DNA of 64,000 nucleotides from Macrostomum lignano (taxonomy: Eukaryota), in contig NIVC01000007.1 of assembly GCA_002269645.1 (NCBI GenBank), positions 106,129 to 170,128 of the forward strand. Direction: 5' to 3'. The position numbers and the translations under genes were made by a program. Shown here in pieces: positions 51,190 through 62,098 of this stretch (position 1 is the first letter of the stretch; each line of letters begins with the position of its first letter). The notes under the pieces are model-generated. The model saw nothing but the letters and a program-made list of their open reading frames with translations. It ran no database searches and was not told the origin of the DNA.

Positions 51190-52620
51190 ACAAGGCACAT
51201 TTCAAGGCCTGGGTATGAACATAGGCTGCTCCACTAGCAGTGTCTGGGGCGCTGGCATCAGCCAGCAGGCAGTCAACAAAATGCCAAGTACACGCCTGCC
51301 CCTGCCGGTAGGGTGCCTGTAGTGTCAGCAGCAGCACCTCCTGCATCAGCTGTGGGCAGTACAACTTGGCTCAGATGAAACGGCCTGCTAGCTGGATTTG
51401 CTGATGGCGCAACAGTTCTCTGGTACGAGACAGGCCAGTGCGGCAATAGAGTGCCGCATTGGTGACTCACTTGTAACCGATCTTGAAGGCAGTGCGCAGC
51501 AGGCCAGCGTGGGCTGCATCGACCAGCTGTTTTTGTGAGTCCGTCAGCATCCAGGTCTTGGCGTTGTACAACAGGATGGTCTCGATTACCACCTGGAACA
51601 ATGCCCTCTAACAGTCAGGCAGGGCCTCGGACTGCAGGACAACCCTCATGGAATGCAGCTCAGTCAAGTCCACGGCGACGTCGCAGGTCCTCGCTAACGT
51701 CAGGCACCAGACCGCCGAGGTAGACGAACTGCTGACAGCACGAAAGCTTCGTCGCCTGTCCGTCGGCGCCTCGGCAGAAAATTGTAGCCCCGATGTCGTC
51801 CGGCACGCAGAGCACGACGGTCTTCTGCGTGTTGACCACCAGGCCGACGCTCGCCGCAACGCTCACCAGCCGGTCCAGCTGGCGTTGGGCGCCCTCGACG
51901 GTCGAGGACAGCAGGGCGAGATCATCGGCGTAGCCCAGAACGCTAAGCTGCCTTTCCGGTTGGCGTCGACCCACGCGTCGCTGCAACAGGAAGCCGTCGT
52001 GGACGTGGTTAGAAGGGAGAGCAGTCCGCAGCACCCAGTCAAGCACCAGGACGAACAGGAACGGCGCAAGCGTATCTCCCTGAACACCCCAGTGGATGTC
52101 TCAAAGAAATTTGACAGGCCGTCCGGTGTCAGCACAGCAGCATTCGTGCCATGATGTCTGGTGCAACTGGCCGTCATGTGCCGCGGTGGGGCCGGAAGCC
52201 GTTCTGTTTAGGACGCAGGTACGGATCCAGCACGGGCTGCAACCGCGATAACAGCATCCGGTTGAACAGCTTCGCAGCGCAGGACTGCAGGCAGATACCT
52301 CGGTGCTCCTCAAGCCGCGTGGTGCACGGCTTCTTCGGAATAGCGACGATGTGCACCGTGGTCCATTCGTTGGGTGCCGTCTCACCGAAAAGCACGCGGT
52401 TCATCACACTGGCGACCTCGCTGGCCACCCAGTGGAGTCGCAGCGCCTCGATGGGCACCTCGTCCGGGCCCAGCGCTTTCCCGTCCGGTGACTGTTGGGC
52501 GAGCCTCACAACTTCGGCTGTGCTGACTGGGGCTACATTAAAACTCTCCTCTGCCGGCAACGGCGTCTCCGGCGGCAGCCTCAGACTCAGATCGTTTGGC
52601 AGCGGGGGCATCGGCCTTGG
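51190..52620 (-). mobile_element. Decayed, 5'-truncated non-LTR retrotransposon (RTE-like reverse transcriptase)
   Basis: GKALGPDEVP, IVAIPKK, HRGICLQSCAAKLFNRMLLSRL, QNGFRP, GDTLAPFLF, GYADDLALL, GLVVNTQKT, FVYLG. Frameshifts, stops, and loss of the segment normally between GFR and the QG motif. Confidence 0.9.
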
Positions 52621-52983
52621 TCACAATTTCATCATATGTGGAAAGAATTGTGACCAAGGCTTGTCAACCCGTCGTGTAACTTCACATTATTAAAATGATT
52701 TAAAATTTGATAACACAACTGCCCAAGAGATGAGTGTGTCTGCATATTCAAGGGATTAGTCATATGACATGGTTGAGTCATATGAGCACAGGAGATGCAG
52801 TGAACTTGGCCTACTGTAGTGACTCAAAAGAAAGGTATAAGATAGTGCTGGCTCTGACAACCTGCTGCTTTGGTTTAGTAGCAGTGCTAAGGCAGTGTTA
52901 ACCGTGCTGCATTCCAGTTTCTCATCCGCCAGCTGCTCACCCGCGAGGCCCTGTGCCTCAGTCACAGCCGTGACCTGACCAGC

Positions 52984-54606
52984 ATGGCTGGCGGCAAGAT
53001 CAAACGGTTCTACAAGCAGGCCCACGTGACCAAATCCGGCCCCGGGGCCTACGAGGTCAACTTGGATCAGCGCAGACTGCGGACACCGGGCGGACAGCCG
53101 TTTGTTGTGCCGCACGAAGGTCTAGCATTGGCTGTGGTTCAGGAATGGAATTCTCAGGTTAATCATATTGACAGGTGAGGGCTGTTAATGGGCTAATGAC
53201 TCTAGCAGTTTCTACATATTTTTAGTGAGCGTTGATTGAAGTGTTGAGGTTCAAAAACGCTCGTAATCCCCAAGTTTGAGCACCTAAATTTCCCAAAATA
53301 TCTTCCCGTTTGAGCATCTAAATTCCCCAAAATATCCCCACGTTTGAGCACCACCTAACTTCCCCAGTGTTTGAGCTCATTAATCACCCGTCTCCCCGCA
53401 GGACCCGCATGCACCTGACCAGCCTGTGCAACTCGGCCATAGACAATCCGCTGGGACTGAGCCGCGACCAGCAGGCCGCCGCGATACTGGAGTACTTGGA
53501 AACTGACACCCTGCTGTTCTGGAGCACCGAGCCTGAAGATCTGCACCAGCTGCAGCGGCAGCGGTGGCAGCCTGTGCTTGACAACGTCAACCAGCAGTAC
53601 AGCCTGCGGCTGGCGCCAACTCTCACGCTGCAGCCGCCGCAGATTGACGGCGAAGCGTTGAAAAAGTTCAGAGCCAGACTGGCGTCGCTGAACTCTTGGG
53701 GCGTCTCCGGGGTCCGGTTCGCTGCCGAGAGTCTCAAGTCATGTCTGCTGGCTGTGTGTCTGCTTGACAGGTTGGTCTGACCTTCGTTGTCTTCAGCTTT
53801 GTGATGGATTCCAGGACTCCCAGATCCTCAGTTGCTGGGCCAGCCTCCCAGATCCTCAGTTGCTGGGCCAGCCTCCCAGAGTGTCAGTTGCTGGGCCAGC
53901 CTCCCAGATGCTCAGTTGCTGGGCCAGCCTCCCAGATCTTCAGTTGCTGGGCCAGCCTCCCAGAGTGTCAGTTGCTGGGCCAGCCTCCCAGAGTGTCAGT
54001 TGCTGGGCCAGCCTCCCAGAGTGTCAGTTTCTGGGCCAGCCTCCCAGATCCTCAGTTGCTAGGCCAGCCTCCCAGATCTTCAGTTGCTGGGCCAGCCTCC
54101 CAGATCCTCAGCTGCTGGGCCAGCCTCCCAGATCCTCAGTTGCTGGGCCAGCCTCCCAGATGCTCAGTTGCTGGGCCAGCCTCCCAGATCCTCAGTTGCT
54201 GGGCCAGCCTCGGAGATCCTCAGTTGCTGGGCCAGCCTCCCAGATCCTCAGTTGCTGGGCCAGCCTCCCAGATCCTCAGCTGCTGGGCCAGCCTCCCAGA
54301 TTCTCAGTTGCTGGGCCAGCCTCCCAGATGCTCAGTTGCTGGGCCATTGCCAACTTCATAAATCAATTTACACACGCACTGGCCCGCAGACGCCTCCCAG
54401 TCTCCGAGGCCTGCTCCCTCAGCCGGCTGGAGTCGCAGTTCCAGGCGGACAAGTGGGGCCAAGTGGAGTGGCACCATGGCGTTGATGCCACCGAGCTGGA
54501 GTGCCGCGTCTCTGCCGGCACACTGATGGCGCTTGTCAGCCACGAGTGGCGCGAAGTGCAGCTGGCTGGTGCGGCCGCCACCGCCGCCTCAAGGCAGGGG
54601 AAATAG
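52984..54606 (+). CDS. ATPAF2: ATP12/ATPAF2 mitochondrial F1-ATPase assembly factor, 3 exons; the true N-terminus probably extends in frame to 52918
   Basis: Exons 52984(52918)-53174, 53402-53770, 54390-54606, phases consistent. KRFYK...YEVNLDQRRLRTP...LALAVVQEWNSQ, MHLTSLCNSAIDNP, YLETDTLLF, SRLESQFQADKWGQVEWHH. Confidence 0.92.
53790..54350. repeat. 28-bp tandem array (CAGATCCTCAGTTGCTGGGCCAGCCTCC), about 20 copies, ATPAF2 intron 2
   Basis: Direct reading; lies between donor 53771 and acceptor 54389. Confidence 0.95.
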
Positions 54607-54624
54607 ATCACCAGTGCAGATGGG

Positions 54625-55520
54625 ATAGAGATTGGTAAAGTAGATCCCACAATATAGTTGGCAATGAGATTGGTGAAGTAGATCCCACAATATAGTTGGC
54701 AATGAGATTGGTAAAGTAGATCCCACAATATAGTTGGCAATGAGATTGGTGAAGTAGATCCCACAATATAGTTGGCAATAAGATTGGTAAAGTAGATCCC
54801 ACAATATAGTTGGCAATAAGATTGGTAAAGTAGATCCCACAATATAGTTGGCAATAAGATTGGTAAAGTAGATCCCACAATATAGTTGGCAATAAGATTG
54901 GTGAAGTAGATCCCACAATATAGTTGGCAATGAGATTGGTGAGGTAGATCCCACAATATAGTTGGCAATAAGATTGGTGAAGTAGATCCCACAATATAGT
55001 TGGCAATGAGATTAGTAAAGTAGATCCCACAATATAGTTGGCAATAAGATTGGTGAAGTAGATCCCACAATATAGTTGGCAATAAGATTGGTAAAGTAGA
55101 TCCCACAATATAGTTGGCAATGAGATTGGTGAGGTAGATCCCACAATATAGTTGGCAATAAGATTGGTAAAGTAGATCCCACAATATAGTTGGCAATGAG
55201 ATTAGTAAAGTAGATCCCACAATATAGTTGGCAATAAGATTGGTAAAGTAGATCCCACAATATAGTTGGCAATGAGATTAGTAAAGTAGATCCCACAATA
55301 TAGTTGGCAATAAGATTGGTGAAGTATATCCCACAATATAGTTGGCAATAAGATTGGTAAAGTAGATCCCACAATATAGTTGGCAATGAGATTGGTGAGG
55401 TAGATCCCACAATATAGTTGGCAATAAGATTGGTAAAGTAGATCCCACAATATAGTTGGCAATGAGATTAGTAAAGTAGATCCCACAATAATATTTGGAA
55501 GAGTTTGTTAAAGTAGATCC
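54625..55520. repeat. 38-bp tandem array (GATTGGTAAAGTAGATCCCACAATATAGTTGGCAATAA), about 23 copies, between ATPAF2 and MPDU1
   Basis: Direct reading; no unique spacers. Confidence 0.96.
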
Positions 55521-55829
55521 CGCATTGTCATACTGGCTGTTCTGCAAAATGTTGGGCCAGACCGAAAATGTGCACCAAAATTGTCAACGCATTTCTGATT
55601 GCCTTATTTGCTTGATGGTTTGCTGTCAATGCCGTCTTTGGTGTACCAGTGCTGCTGATCGGTAGCAATTATAATATAAAATAAAACATTTTTACTGAAT
55701 AAATGCTTTCTCAGCTACTATGAACTTCCAGTTGATTTGATTTTAAATTTCTTTTATTCTATTTTTTCTAATTTGAGACTAATCTGACTTTTAATGACTT
55801 TAGGTATTAACAATAGTGTAAAACAGGCA

Positions 55830-55861
55830 AGATAGACGGACAGACTGACAGACAGACAGAC

Positions 55862-55943
<82 letters not shown>

Positions 55944-55990
55944 GCAGACAGACAGACAAACAGGCAGACAGACAGACAGACAGACAGACA
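55830..55990. repeat. (GACA)n microsatellite immediately upstream of the MPDU1 coding exon
   Basis: Direct reading. Confidence 0.93.
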
Positions 55991-56018
55991 GCAAACAGAC
56001 GCTGCCAACCCGCCGCAG

Positions 56019-56660
56019 GCAGCCGCCGTAGCAGCCAAGGCACTGGGCTACTCAGTGATAGCTGGCTCAGCCAGCGTGAAGCTGCCGCAGCTCTTGAAGG
56101 TGTTCAACAGCGGCAGCAGCCGCGGCCTGTCCCCGGTGACCACAGCCTGCGAACTGGCGGCCTCCACTGTAGGCTTTCTGTACGGCCTTCGCCGGGGATT
56201 CCCGCTGAGCGCCTACGGCGAGGGCTTCCTACTGGCCGGCCAGACAATCGCCATCGCCGCCCTGTCCATCTACTACGCTAGAGGCCGGTCGCTGGGGCTC
56301 GCGTTGACCTTCTGCGCGATATTCGCTGGCTTGGTGGCCCTGCTGGCAGCGCCCAGTCTGGTGCCACTGGCTGTCATTGCGGCTGGCCAGGCGTGCACCC
56401 TGCCGCTGGTGCTGGCTGGCAAAGCTGCTCAGGCTTGGCGGAACTTCAGCTCGAGTAGCACCGGCCAGGTGTCGCTGATCACCTATTCGATGCTGCTGTT
56501 GGGCAGCCTGGCTCGAGTGTTCACCTCGGTGCAGGAGACTGCGGACCCAATGCTGGTTCTGCTGTACCTGGGGGCCAGCGCCGGCAATGCCGTCATTGTG
56601 GCTCAGATCCTCTACTATGGCGGCGCTGACAAGGGCAGAAGGAAGGAGAAGTCCGGATGA
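56019..56660 (+). CDS. MPDU1: Mannose-P-dolichol utilization defect 1 protein (PQ-loop family); main coding exon, start codon not identified
   Basis: After CAG (56016-56018): AAAVAAKALGYSVIAGSASVKLPQLLKVFNSGSSRGLS...GFPLSAYGE...QAWRNFSSSSTGQVSLIT...GSLARVFTSVQETADP, matching the two-PQ-repeat layout and the MPDU1 motifs VKLPQ, STGQLS and ARIFTSIQET. Confidence 0.9.
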   Translation, partial: AAAVAAKALGYSVIAGSASVKLPQLLKVFNSGSSRGLSPVTTACELAASTVGFLYGLRRGFPLSAYGEGFLLAGQTIAIAALSIYYARGRSLGLALTFCAIFAGLVALLAAPSLVPLAVIAAGQACTLPLVLAGKAAQAWRNFSSSSTGQVSLITYSMLLLGSLARVFTSVQETADPMLVLLYLGASAGNAVIVAQILYYGGADKGRRKEKSG

Positions 56661-56748
56661 CTTTTTACTTTTCCTTTTTTAACTGGACTTGGCGAGTTCA
56701 AATTTCAACTTGCTGCGTGCGTGTGAATTGATTTACTAAGCTGTAAAA

Positions 56749-57023
56749 CAGGGGTAGGCGAACTGCGGCCCGCTAAGCCTCTCTTTGGCCTCGGGTCCTT
56801 TGATACTTCACAATAATAATCCGGCTTGCTCAGAGTCTCTTCCTCTCTCTGTTCTCTGTTCTCTCCTCTCCTCTCGCCTCGCCTGGCCTGTCGCCCCTCG
56901 CCTCTCCATTTTCCTACGAGTGTCTCTCATCTCTCATCTTTATTCTCTCTCCCCTCTAGCCCACAGTCATGCGCTGGGTTCTCTGTCTGGCCCTTTGAGA
57001 TAAAAAACATTTTGTCGACCCTG
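56749..57023. mobile_element. Old hAT (Charlie-like) MITE
   Basis: Begins CAGGGGTAGGCGAACTGCGGCCCGC and ends TTTGTCGACCCTG; internal GGCCC motifs; the TSD is not cleanly preserved (CTGTAAAA vs ACCTAAAA). Confidence 0.5.
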
Positions 57024-57599
57024 ACCTAAAATATCAAGTTTAAAGTTTTATATTTGAATTGAAGTTCAGATTTAATGCAGTCTTTCTAAAAAAATTTTCC
57101 GCATAATATTCCTTTATATAGCTTTAATTTGCTTAATTTATCTGATCTGTACTTAGTAGTATATAGCGCGTTTTAAAAATTAACTTTTGCAATATTTCTA
57201 TTCCATAAAATTATGTCCTAATTGCTTTAGCTATTGGCATTTTGATTTTTTAAACAATTGTTTGTTTTATCAGACTTCATAAAGATTTATCAAGAAAAAT
57301 AATTGTTTAGCTTTCTCCTGGTTGAATTAATCGTAACTTGTGTTTACGATTCAGTGACAGATTTATTGAATAAGTACGAAATTGTTCTGTTAGATACAGA
57401 GGAAAATGATTAAATGATAAAATTAAAAAAAGTTTCTCGTATCTTACTGAAATCAATTTGCAAATACTGGTACTGATATCTTTCGTCTAGCGTCAACAAT
57501 TCAAGTATCAGATGGCAGCCATCGCAACCACTCGTGACTGTGATCATTATCCAAGTCTGAAACCATAGACTTAATCTACCATTAAAGCAGCAATTAGCT

Positions 57600-57870
57600 T
57601 CATGGAGCTAAAAATAGCAAAAGTGAAAACATAAGAAGTGAGGGTTTACCAGCGGAGCTAATAATAGCCACAATGTACATAAGGAGTAAGGATTCTCTAG
57701 CAGAGCTAAAAATAGCAACAATGTAACATAAGGAGTGAGGATTCTCTAGCAGAGCTAAAAATAGCACCAATGTACATAAGGAGTGAGGGTTCACTAGCGG
57801 AGCTAAAAATAGCAACAATGTACATAAGATTAAGGTTCACCCGCAGAGCTAAAAAAGCAACAATGTACAT
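57600..57870. repeat. About 53-bp degenerate tandem repeat (GGAGCTAAAAATAGCAACAATGTACATAAGGAGTGAGG...), about 5 copies, in the EAAT 3' region
   Basis: Direct reading. Confidence 0.8.
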
Positions 57871-57910
57871 CAAGTGTCAACCCCCCCCCCCGAGGTAAAA
57901 CGTAAAGCGC

Positions 57911-58139
57911 CTAGATATTGCTGCTGCTGTTGTCGCCGATTGCTTCTAGAAGAGGTTCGGTATCAACAGACTTTAAACGCGATCTTGACTGTCGACGCTG
58001 CTGCAGTAGGGGTTCCGCGGACTGCGGCGTCTCCTCTGAGCTTGTACTGCTAGCAAAGAGATCGCGTCTGCTCAGGTGTTCCACAATGCCAGCTCCAAAA
58101 CAGTCGCCTAGCACATTGATCATGGTTCTGAAGCGGTCC
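57911..58139 (-). CDS. SLC1A: Last coding exon of an SLC1/EAAT glutamate/neutral amino-acid transporter; upstream exons lie beyond the window
   Basis: Acceptor CCCGCAG|G GAC CGC TTC AGA ACC ATG gives [24 protein letters not shown], the TM8 signature (DRxRTxxNVxGDxxGAGIV) of SLC1 transporters. Confidence 0.88.
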
Positions 58140-59241
58140 CTGCGGGTTTAATGATGAATATAACTTTTTAATTGAAGTGCTGATTTTCAGTGAATATGTA
58201 TCCCCTGCCACATAAATTTGGGTTGTCGTGCAGCATTCACGCCCTAGGGACCCATAATGGGTAAATAATGCATTTTTACTGGCCATTATAATGACATTGA
58301 ATGCCACTTAATGGCATTATAATTGCCACTTAATGGCATTATAATTGCCATTATAATGCAAATTCTATATATATAAAATGCATTTATAATGTGGTTGCAA
58401 TTAATTAGAAATAATGCATTTTTAGTCATCTTGCGAGCCATATATACTCGTATATATATGAATACATTGCACTTCGTACCTTCGTTTAAATCGGCTCATT
58501 AAAACCGTACTTAGTTCTATTCTGGTTTGTCTTACCAAACCATGGGCGATGTACACACAATAAGACACACTCAAAATAACACAATTGGTTAGTTTTATGT
58601 ATAAGACAGGTCTCAACTAAGTGAGTGAGCCGAAAATGTAATATTTATTACCAAACAAAGAAGCCAAATGTAAAAAAAAAATTTGTGTCCCCGGAGTTTT
58701 ACGTAAAAGCAATTAAACATAAAAAACTGCAAAAATGTGACAAAGAATTAGGTGTATCTAAACAAAGCGCACGGCATATGAGAGAAAACGTAAAACATAA
58801 CATGTAGGATAAATATAGCTGAGCATTAGGCGCGCATGTTTTGTGAAAAAGGGCTTTTTAGTTTAGAAAAACTAACAAGAAACAAAGCTTGCTTAAGTAC
58901 AAGTACTAGATGGTACTGGGTCTACGATGTTAGCCAGCCGGCGTTTGCTAGCCGAAAGTTTGCCAGTTAGTGTCTCTTTCTTGGTCCCGTCTAATTCCCC
59001 AGTCATATTTTCTTCCTGTGTCCTAGCAATAGAGCTTTTAGAATAAGCCTAGCACACACACATCGGCTGGCTAACATCGACAAAAGCTACACAACAATAG
59101 CTACCCAGCAGATAAATCAGGAATACGTACCAGAAAAAATTTCATGCAATGATTACATTGACAACCAGGACTACTTACAGAATAGAAAACGAGACAAGAC
59201 AATGACCCTGAAAAACTGACGCGCGTTTGAAGTTATCTGAG

Positions 59242-61638
59242 CTAATCGTGCTCACACTCTTCCAACAGGGGTACCAGACAAAAACTGCCTGATGGCAAGT
59301 TCGGAAAGTTGACATCGACTCGAATGCACCTCGCAGCCACATCAGTGAGACGTATGCAATTGTAATTTTCCCGAGTGGGTTCCTGACTCGTAAAGATAAG
59401 CATATTTCGGAGTGGAACATCAGATGTAAAAAAAGCAAGAAAGATTGCTTGTTCAGATGCACTAGCACCAATATTGGTAAAATCCGGAACAGCATTGAAC
59501 AGTAAGTCGATTAAACGACATTGTGGAGTCAGAAAAGAGCCAAAGATTTTGCTATCGGCAAAATGATTAATAGCAAAATATGAATTTGATACATCCAGGA
59601 CATACGAACTACATGTTTTTAAAGTGCAATCCGCAGAAGTGGTTGTTAAAATTTTACCCCCAGAAGCGCCTAGAGTTCGATTTTCGCGCTCAGGAGGATT
59701 GCAGTAGTGCTTAGCGATGACAAGGAGTGCATCAGAAATTGAGGGATTGGAGCCTGCAGCAGGTTGCAGTGAATACAATAGCACTTTTAGCCAGAAAAAC
59801 TTTTCGGAAATTTGCTTTCCATGAAATCGACTGCCAAAATGAAGCATATTAAAGCCATGCATAGCTGACTCAAAGGGAAACATTGATGCACAATACAGAG
59901 GACCAAATCGTTCATACTGGTCGGGTAGATGATAGAGAAGATGAAAATTAAGAAGCATAACACGTTCGCCAAAAAACTCAGGACACAGGTTAAGAAACAT
60001 ATTGCACAGACGTTTTAAAGTTGAAACACAAGAATTTTGCGAGTACAGCAAGTTATAAATAGAATTAAGAAGAAGGAGCAGGCCCCTAAGTTCGGGATTT
60101 TCGATTCGTGGAAGCAGAATTGATGGAAACAGATACAGAGCAAAAATCTTGTATGTTTTCGCTTTCCAAAGTGAGAGCTGACTAATTGGAGGAACATTGC
60201 TAATACCTTGGGGAAGTTTCAGTTGCATAATCTGAGAGTCGATTACATTGACAGATGCTGAGCCTAGCACACGGTAATGATTGGGATTGCAGCTTTTAGT
60301 CTTAGAATCAGTCAAGAAGGCTAGAATGTGTTTTACTTGACCTTCCCAGAGACAATGCATAGAATCAACAATGAAATTTTCTGGAAAACGAATGATTTTG
60401 AGAAGAGCAGTTTCGCGTTTGATTCCAAAATAATCCTTAAGCCCTTGAGCCTTGAGAACTGTGAGATGCTGCGCATGCATGGCATTAGTTCGAAGCGGAA
60501 TTCCATGGACAGCGGGGAAGACACGAACTTGGCCTTTTTCTGACACCTTTAGAGACTTGCCAGGTAGGATGCATCTGGGACAAGCAAATTGTCCGTTGAA
60601 TTGCTTGATTCCAAAAAGGTGAGATAAAGCGGGCAAATCGCAGGTAAAAAACGAGAAGTGAAGAAAAAACGTCACATTCCTTACTTTTACACACGAAGGC
60701 AAGCGATTTAAAATAGTAGGCAAAAACTTTTCAAAATTCGGCTTTCCTCGATTGGTAAACAAAGCGATTGTGATAATGTTGACAAACTTCTGGCGTAATC
60801 TAACAGGCAAATTGAGGCACAGTGCACAGAAAGGCCACACAGACATTTCAGAAACTTTAAAGAAGTTTGCTCCGTCAGCCGAAAGAAGAAAATACAAGTG
60901 AAAAATGTCAGGAGATGAGCCGGTTTCTAGTTCATTGCTAACAGCAGAGTTCAGAATGTCAGTTTGAAATCCTCGCCTTAGCTCACGCTGGTAAGATAAA
61001 ATATCATTTAAATGCCTTTCAACTGTAAGCTCCACCTGATGGTTTACATTTAAGAGCCATAGTCCCTCGAAAGAGTCGACTGGATGTTCACTACAGTTTA
61101 TAAGTAGACACGCTAAACAAACTTTCACAACGAAGTCCGGTTTTAAAATGAATGAACGAAGCAGAACCGCTTCCATTGCTTTGTAAGATGTAGGTAAAGC
61201 AGCGCGAGGAGACAGAATGGAAATGAGGCGAAGCATGTTTTTAACAGCTTTCTTGGAAACGTTCGACAAGATCATCCACAACATTAGAAGGGCACATTTG
61301 ACCTCCATAGAGATACCTTGGATACAAAAGACAGAAAGAAGGTTACTATCCTCATCCGCAGAAAATATTTCAGGGTGCTCGATATCAGATGGACCAGCTG
61401 CCTGCACTTCATTCTCGTCATCAGCAGGAATTGCAATAGTCGGTTGCTCGCCGACGTTTGCTTGAATTGCAGCGGAAGAGCTCGAATCGCTGTATTCACC
61501 CATGGATGTGTCAATCGAATGTGTACTTGAATCAACCGACATCGAGACATATGACGACCCAGAGGACAGACTTTCCGACGACCCAGAGGACAGACTTTCC
61601 GACGACCCAGAGGACAGACTTTCCGACGACGAACTCAT
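59242..61638 (-). CDS. Intact EnSpm/CACTA-type DDE transposase, 798 aa
   Basis: Uninterrupted ORF with LSADGANFF...SVWPF...NLPVRLR, TCDLPA...KQFNGQFACPRC, IVDSMHCLWEGQVK, WKAKTYKIF, NFHLLYHLPDQYERFGPLYCASMFPFES; these motifs are typical of animal EnSpm transposases. Confidence 0.88.
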   Translation of the reverse strand: MSSSSESLSSGSSESLSSGSSESLSSGSSYVSMSVDSSTHSIDTSMGEYSDSSSSAAIQANVGEQPTIAIPADDENEVQAAGPSDIEHPEIFSADEDSNLLSVFCIQGISMEVKCALLMLWMILSNVSKKAVKNMLRLISILSPRAALPTSYKAMEAVLLRSFILKPDFVVKVCLACLLINCSEHPVDSFEGLWLLNVNHQVELTVERHLNDILSYQRELRRGFQTDILNSAVSNELETGSSPDIFHLYFLLSADGANFFKVSEMSVWPFCALCLNLPVRLRQKFVNIITIALFTNRGKPNFEKFLPTILNRLPSCVKVRNVTFFLHFSFFTCDLPALSHLFGIKQFNGQFACPRCILPGKSLKVSEKGQVRVFPAVHGIPLRTNAMHAQHLTVLKAQGLKDYFGIKRETALLKIIRFPENFIVDSMHCLWEGQVKHILAFLTDSKTKSCNPNHYRVLGSASVNVIDSQIMQLKLPQGISNVPPISQLSLWKAKTYKIFALYLFPSILLPRIENPELRGLLLLLNSIYNLLYSQNSCVSTLKRLCNMFLNLCPEFFGERVMLLNFHLLYHLPDQYERFGPLYCASMFPFESAMHGFNMLHFGSRFHGKQISEKFFWLKVLLYSLQPAAGSNPSISDALLVIAKHYCNPPERENRTLGASGGKILTTTSADCTLKTCSSYVLDVSNSYFAINHFADSKIFGSFLTPQCRLIDLLFNAVPDFTNIGASASEQAIFLAFFTSDVPLRNMLIFTSQEPTRENYNCIRLTDVAARCIRVDVNFPNLPSGSFCLVPLLEECEHD

Positions 61639-62098
61639 AATTTCAACTTCAGTTCTACGAGTGTTAGGATAGACTGAAAAGTTTGGAGAAAATTACGTAC
61701 CCGTGCCATCGAAATAAGAATGTGCACCATCATCTATCGATAAATATGAAATGAAGTGGAATAAATTAGCTCGGTGGCGTTAAAGTTGAAGGAGTTTAGA
61801 TTCTTCCACATATATACATTTTGAACGACTACGGAAATCATTAAGGGTATCCTAACTACCCATACAAAGAGTGCCAACACTTTTCAAACGCAACAGTTAT
61901 TATTCTAAAAAAATAATTAAGGTAGTCGCTTCATTTTATATTAAAAAAACACTACAGAGTAAGAGTTTGACTTTAGCGCAGATAACGTAAAATAGGGATC
62001 GATTCAGTTCAAAAACGTTATAGTTTGTTACATGTCGAATGGCAGTTGGGTGATTGCATCTTCAGTTAAAATATTGCGACACACGTTTAGCCGTCAGT

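Noticed and set aside
53764-54606. 280-aa ORF as a repeat-containing ATP12 isoform
   Set aside because: Good donor (53771) and acceptor (54389) remove the array in phase; read-through is due to a stop-free repeat.
54625-55520. Regular 38-bp array (and the 28-bp and 19-bp arrays) as a CRISPR locus
   Set aside because: Units are head-to-tail with no unique spacers, there are no cas genes, and the context is eukaryotic.
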